Shown: one piece after another, positions 60,727 to 64,000 of the stretch
Layout of the letters: the number at the start of each line of letters is the position of its first letter
How positions within the stretch are numbered: the stretch's first letter is position 1
Origin: a virus
Virus record (IMG/VR): IMGVR_UViG_3300012642_000011
Location: 224,001-288,000 of that record
DNA: 64,000 bases
Direction: 5' to 3' (one strand)
The notes under the pieces: generated by a model
Database searches by the model: none
Seen by the model: the letters and a program-made list of their open reading frames with translations, nothing else
What the model was told of the DNA's origin: nothing
Made by a program: the position numbers and the translations under genes

Positions 60727-60900
60727 TCAGAGGACCAAGTACAGTCCACTTGAGAGCATGGCGAGCACACTGACCATCATCTTGAACATCGTGATCAATA
60801 CGCCAGACTTGTTGAACCCATCCTTCAGGGCGCGCTGAGGGATGGTGAAGATAGCGATCACAGATGCGATCAGGACAACGACAGCGATGAACGTACTCAT
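60727..60900 (-). CDS. small two-TM membrane protein (~57 aa, MSTFIAVVVLIASVIAIFT...); holin-like is speculative
   Basis: RBS AGAGGAGAGACC-ATG; below ORF cutoff. Confidence 0.4.
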   Translation of the reverse strand: MSTFIAVVVLIASVIAIFTIPQRALKDGFNKSGVLITMFKMMVSVLAMLSSGLYLVL

Positions 60901-61093
60901 GGTCTCTCCTCTGGGTCGGAAGTGGTCTTGAACTTCTCATGCTATCACACATGTGGGAAGATCACCTCATCCCAAGAACGTGTCGCCTTTAGCATGCGAG
61001 GGGGGACGTGACACTGCAGGTACACCCAACGTGTATCTGACCACTGGTGCGTTTGATAAGATATTCCACAGGAACGTGTTGACAATCAAGACA

Positions 61094-61588
61094 ATGGAGA
61101 TGATGGATATGAACTTGCTTACTTACGCTATGAATGCTGGAACGCTGACTACTGCAAAGGCCGCTGTCACTAACAACTTTTATACTGTTGATGAAGAGAA
61201 GAAGGCACGTGAGTTATTCATTGCTGCCAACGTGGTGGATGCGTCTCGTGTCCTCAAGATGAGTCGTGGTGTGATCAGCCCCAAGAGCGGATGGGTGACT
61301 CGTGTGCTGTGCGCTGTGGACGCATGGAATACCGGAAAGATTATCGCCGGAAATGTTGCTACTATCGCTTCATATGATGGCGATGATTTCGGGGAGAAAA
61401 CAGAAAAGTTCGTCAAGCATCTTCGATCCAACAAGGCAAGAGTGAAGAGTGCTCGATCATTGAGTAACAGGTTCCTCAAATTGAAGAACAACGTGATGAG
61501 CGATCCTTCAGAGGTCAAGTCCCACGTGAAGACCTTCTTGTTTGAGGATCATGTGGAAGATGCTTCCCCAAGCAATGCCCGTATCTGA
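61094..61588 (+). CDS. hypothetical protein (start among MEMMDM ambiguous), ~160 aa
   Basis: Several in-frame ATGs 61094-61111; GGAG at 61096. Confidence 0.4.
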   Translation: MEMMDMNLLTYAMNAGTLTTAKAAVTNNFYTVDEEKKARELFIAANVVDASRVLKMSRGVISPKSGWVTRVLCAVDAWNTGKIIAGNVATIASYDGDDFGEKTEKFVKHLRSNKARVKSARSLSNRFLKLKNNVMSDPSEVKSHVKTFLFEDHVEDASPSNARI

Positions 61589-61685
61589 GGAAGGCATTGT
61601 GGTCCCTGTGGGGACACAGATCAGCATGATCGGAACATGATAAAGTCCGACTGAAATTGATCAGTCGGACTTTATGCTTTCCCTG

Positions 61686-61913
61686 TCAGTCGTACAGAAG
61701 GATTTCCTGCACGTCGTTGCGGAGGGAGTTCACGATCTTGTTGGCGACCTTGTTGCCACCCACCTCGGAGGGGTCAACGTTCAGGCGGATGGAGAAGGAA
61801 CGCCCCTCGGGGATGACCACGAAGGAACCACCGGCACGGGTGACGAGGTTATCGATGGCATCCTCCTGCTTCCACGAAAGACGCTCGGGGGAGGAAACGG
61901 TGATCGAAGACAT
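61686..61913 (-). CDS. hypothetical protein, 75 aa
   Basis: RBS TAGGAGAGCATCAC-ATG. Confidence 0.5.
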   Translation of the reverse strand: MSSITVSSPERLSWKQEDAIDNLVTRAGGSFVVIPEGRSFSIRLNVDPSEVGGNKVANKIVNSLRNDVQEILLYD

Positions 61914-62118
61914 GTGATGCTCTCCTACGGAGTAAGTGGGAATCGGCTCTTCCTCTTCCCTGCTTGATACTCATAATCTATCACAGGGGACGCTCCACTG
62001 TCAACCATGTTTTGCACGTTGCTTCCGTGAGTAAACGATAGGCATAGGGACACAAGATGAGCGATCAATGAATAGGGGCGGCAGAGATGTGTTCTCTGCC
62101 GCCCCTATCGCGTGTTGG

Positions 62119-62550
62119 TCAGGGCTTGAAGTAGTGCCCGTTCATCATCTCCACGTCGATGGTCGCCATCACTGTCTCGGCCATCTTCTCGTAGTTCCCG
62201 CCCAGCATCTGGTACAGCAGGTTGGACGAGTCAGCGGAAAGCGTCTTGTTCATGTGGTCCTCTACGAAGGCAGCGTCATCCTCGAAGTGACCGAAGTGCG
62301 CATCATCAGCCGAGCGCACCAGATCGTCCAGATCATAAGCGGTCTTCATCTTCATGTTGAACAGAGTGGTATAAGCGTCGTACTTTCCAGCGTCCTCATC
62401 GTTCTCGACAGAGAACAGAAGGGGGTTCTCGATAGTCTCGACAGTGCTACGCAGATTCTCGATAGCATGGTAGATGCTCCCCACCGTGCCATCATGCTCG
62501 ATCTCGTAAGCGTCGCCCTGTGCGCTGTAGACAGTCATCGTCTGGGTCAT
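62119..62550 (-). CDS. hypothetical acidic protein, 143 aa
   Basis: RBS GAGGAGAGATC-ATG. Confidence 0.5.
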   Translation of the reverse strand: MTQTMTVYSAQGDAYEIEHDGTVGSIYHAIENLRSTVETIENPLLFSVENDEDAGKYDAYTTLFNMKMKTAYDLDDLVRSADDAHFGHFEDDAAFVEDHMNKTLSADSSNLLYQMLGGNYEKMAETVMATIDVEMMNGHYFKP

Positions 62551-62642
62551 GATCTCTCCTCATGAGTGAATGGTCTCGGATGGCTTCCTTAACCTCTGTG
62601 ATTACTCTACACGAAGGGACGTTTCACTGTCAACACGAGCGA

Positions 62643-62918
62643 TCACACCTCAAAACGCATGGAATAGAGTGGGTTCGCGCCGATCTTGTTCTCAGTCACG
62701 GAATAGCGAAGTTGTGTCATCGTGTTTGGAATGTATTCAGATCCGTTCATCCCCACCTCGTGATCCTTGATCCCCAGATGCAAGAACTCCTTGCTCACCT
62801 GATCCATGGCATCTTGTGCCGTCTTGTGGGCAGAGACGAACATATCGCCGCTCACGTCAATTGAATCCCGTGTCACAACAAGTCGCATTATGGTCAAAAT
62901 GTACACAGTATCGATCAT
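62643..62918 (-). CDS. hypothetical protein (MIDTVYILTIMRLVV..., 91 aa)
   Basis: RBS AAGGAGAAGAAC-ATG. Confidence 0.45.
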   Translation of the reverse strand: MIDTVYILTIMRLVVTRDSIDVSGDMFVSAHKTAQDAMDQVSKEFLHLGIKDHEVGMNGSEYIPNTMTQLRYSVTENKIGANPLYSMRFEV

Positions 62919-63086
62919 GTTCTTCTCCTTGTTTGTTTTGATTATTGTCAATGACACACTATATTTTCAGAACCCTTTTGTCAACACAGTCCCCACATCG
63001 AAATAAGGGGACACAGATCATGTGATGGCTGTAGTGACGATAGTACAACTAGTAGCACGAACAGGATCACAGAAGGAGGGAAGCAC

Positions 63087-63281
63087 ATGAACCTCAGAAG
63101 AGACAGAACCATAGCAGGAATCATTGCCTTGCTTATGCTCGTTGCTGTAGGCATCTATGCCCTCTACTCGGACATCCCTCTCGTGAGCGTAGGTGTTCTC
63201 ATCCTCGTCATCCTAGGGATCAGGGAGGTCTGGAAAGTACGCAAGGAACCAGACGCTCACGACACAGCAAACGACGACTGA
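63087..63281 (+). CDS. small membrane protein, 64 aa
   Basis: RBS GAAGGAGGGAAGCAC-ATG; two hydrophobic helices. Confidence 0.5.
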   Translation: MNLRRDRTIAGIIALLMLVAVGIYALYSDIPLVSVGVLILVILGIREVWKVRKEPDAHDTANDD

Positions 63282-63421
63282 TTCATAAGGGACGCTCCAT
63301 CGTGGTCTCCGTCTGGAAAATGTTTTGACCCAGAGTTGACACGTGTACAGAACGTGTGCAATGATTGATTCATCAGGTCAAGGGAACAGCCCAAGACCAT
63401 AACTCTCAAGGAGAGAGCATC

Positions 63422-63622
63422 ATGAAGGAAACTTTCAACCAGCCCGCCGCCCAGTGGACCTGCGATTGCGGCACCCTGGTGGAGCGGTGGCGCGGGCAGT
63501 CGGATGTCCAGTGCTACAACTGCGGCCAGTGGTACAACGCCTTCGGTCAGCGTCTGGTGAGCAACTGGGCCAGCGCCGCCCGCATGGCCGAGTACGGCGA
63601 GGTGTGGGACGAGGACTACTGA
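63422..63622 (+). CDS. small Cys-rich zinc-ribbon-like protein, paralog of 24012..24212
   Basis: Plus-strand canonical leader GATTCATCAGGTCAAGGGAACAGCCCAAGACCATAACTCTCAAGGAGAGAGCATC-ATG. Confidence 0.55.
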   Translation: MKETFNQPAAQWTCDCGTLVERWRGQSDVQCYNCGQWYNAFGQRLVSNWASAARMAEYGEVWDEDY

Positions 63623-63776
63623 GCATAGCCTCAGTAGCAGCCCGCCTAGTACCTCACACGAGGGAACGGCGGGCCGCTCCATATTGATTACTTGCTGGAT
63701 TTTGCATTCATGGGGTTATCATGGTAAGATAGGTAGACCATGAAAATACTCTGCAAATCAGCAAGGAGAATGGCGC

Positions 63777-64000
63777 ATGAGTGAAATCTTTGGAAGTTGG
63801 AACATCTGGGTGATCCTCGCTGTGACTATCGTCAGTTTCGCTCTGTTCGCTAAGGCGATACGTATGCGAGGCGATCATGACAGCAAGGCGGGAGGCGTAG
63901 CAGTTAATTCCGGTCTCTGCATCCTCGGCGTAGGCGTGATCGTGATGTCCATGATTGGTATTGCCTACCTGTCCGCGTCTTACACCAGCCATGTGGCAAA
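63777..64000 (+). CDS. membrane protein, 5' part (continues beyond window)
   Basis: Promoter TTGCAT-17-TAAGAT at ~63700-63730; RBS AAGGAGAATGGCGC-ATG. Confidence 0.5.
   Translation, partial: MSEIFGSWNIWVILAVTIVSFALFAKAIRMRGDHDSKAGGVAVNSGLCILGVGVIVMSMIGIAYLSASYTSHVA

Noticed and set aside
1-64000. tRNA/rRNA genes
   Set aside because: No T-loop GGTTCGAATCC-like or anticodon-arm patterns, and no rRNA-like segments, were spotted by eye. This was not a rigorous scan.

Overview
This 64 kb window is a densely packed array of about 110 small genes, most of them 50-200 aa, that looks like the accessory or early region of a large actinobacterial phage, prophage or phage-like mobile element. The genes are mostly on the minus strand, with plus-strand blocks at about 8.9-11.9 kb and 54.3-59.6 kb. 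I recognised no capsid, tail, terminase or polymerase gene.

The evidence for an actinobacterial host is three Lsr2-like DNA-binding genes, leaderless transcripts, strong AAGGAG ribosome-binding sites and an apparently moderately high GC content, judged by eye.

The most striking feature is the modular cassette organisation. Almost every gene sits in its own unit: a sigma70-like promoter (TTGACA, a conserved spacer TGGAGCGTCCCCTGTGG, then an extended -10 TGnTACTAT), a conserved ~45 nt 5'UTR hairpin ending in AAGGAGA-ATG, the ORF, and an intrinsic terminator with a conserved loop. Between the terminator of one unit and the promoter of the next lies a 13-mer, GGGGACACAGAAT. I hand-counted about 70 copies, almost all in the same absolute orientation whatever the direction of the flanking genes.

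The cargo I could recognise is:
- two AT-rich TnpB (IS200/IS605-type) insertions, one of which appears to split a host gene;
- an array of seven paralogous genes built from tandem 18-bp (hexapeptide, left-handed beta-helix-like) repeats;
- a Tpt1/KptA RNA 2'-phosphotransferase-like gene with a leaderless promoter;
- a FemAB-like aminoacyltransferase and a GNAT acetyltransferase;
- one lipoprotein and several small membrane proteins.

There are many small paralog families, and there are signs of cassette shuffling: chimeric paralogs that share a promoter and the first 13 codons, and a stray internal gene fragment.

Functional calls come from motif recognition by eye without database searches, and should be treated as hypotheses. 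Start coordinates were refined where an ATG with an RBS was evident. A few may be off by several nucleotides.
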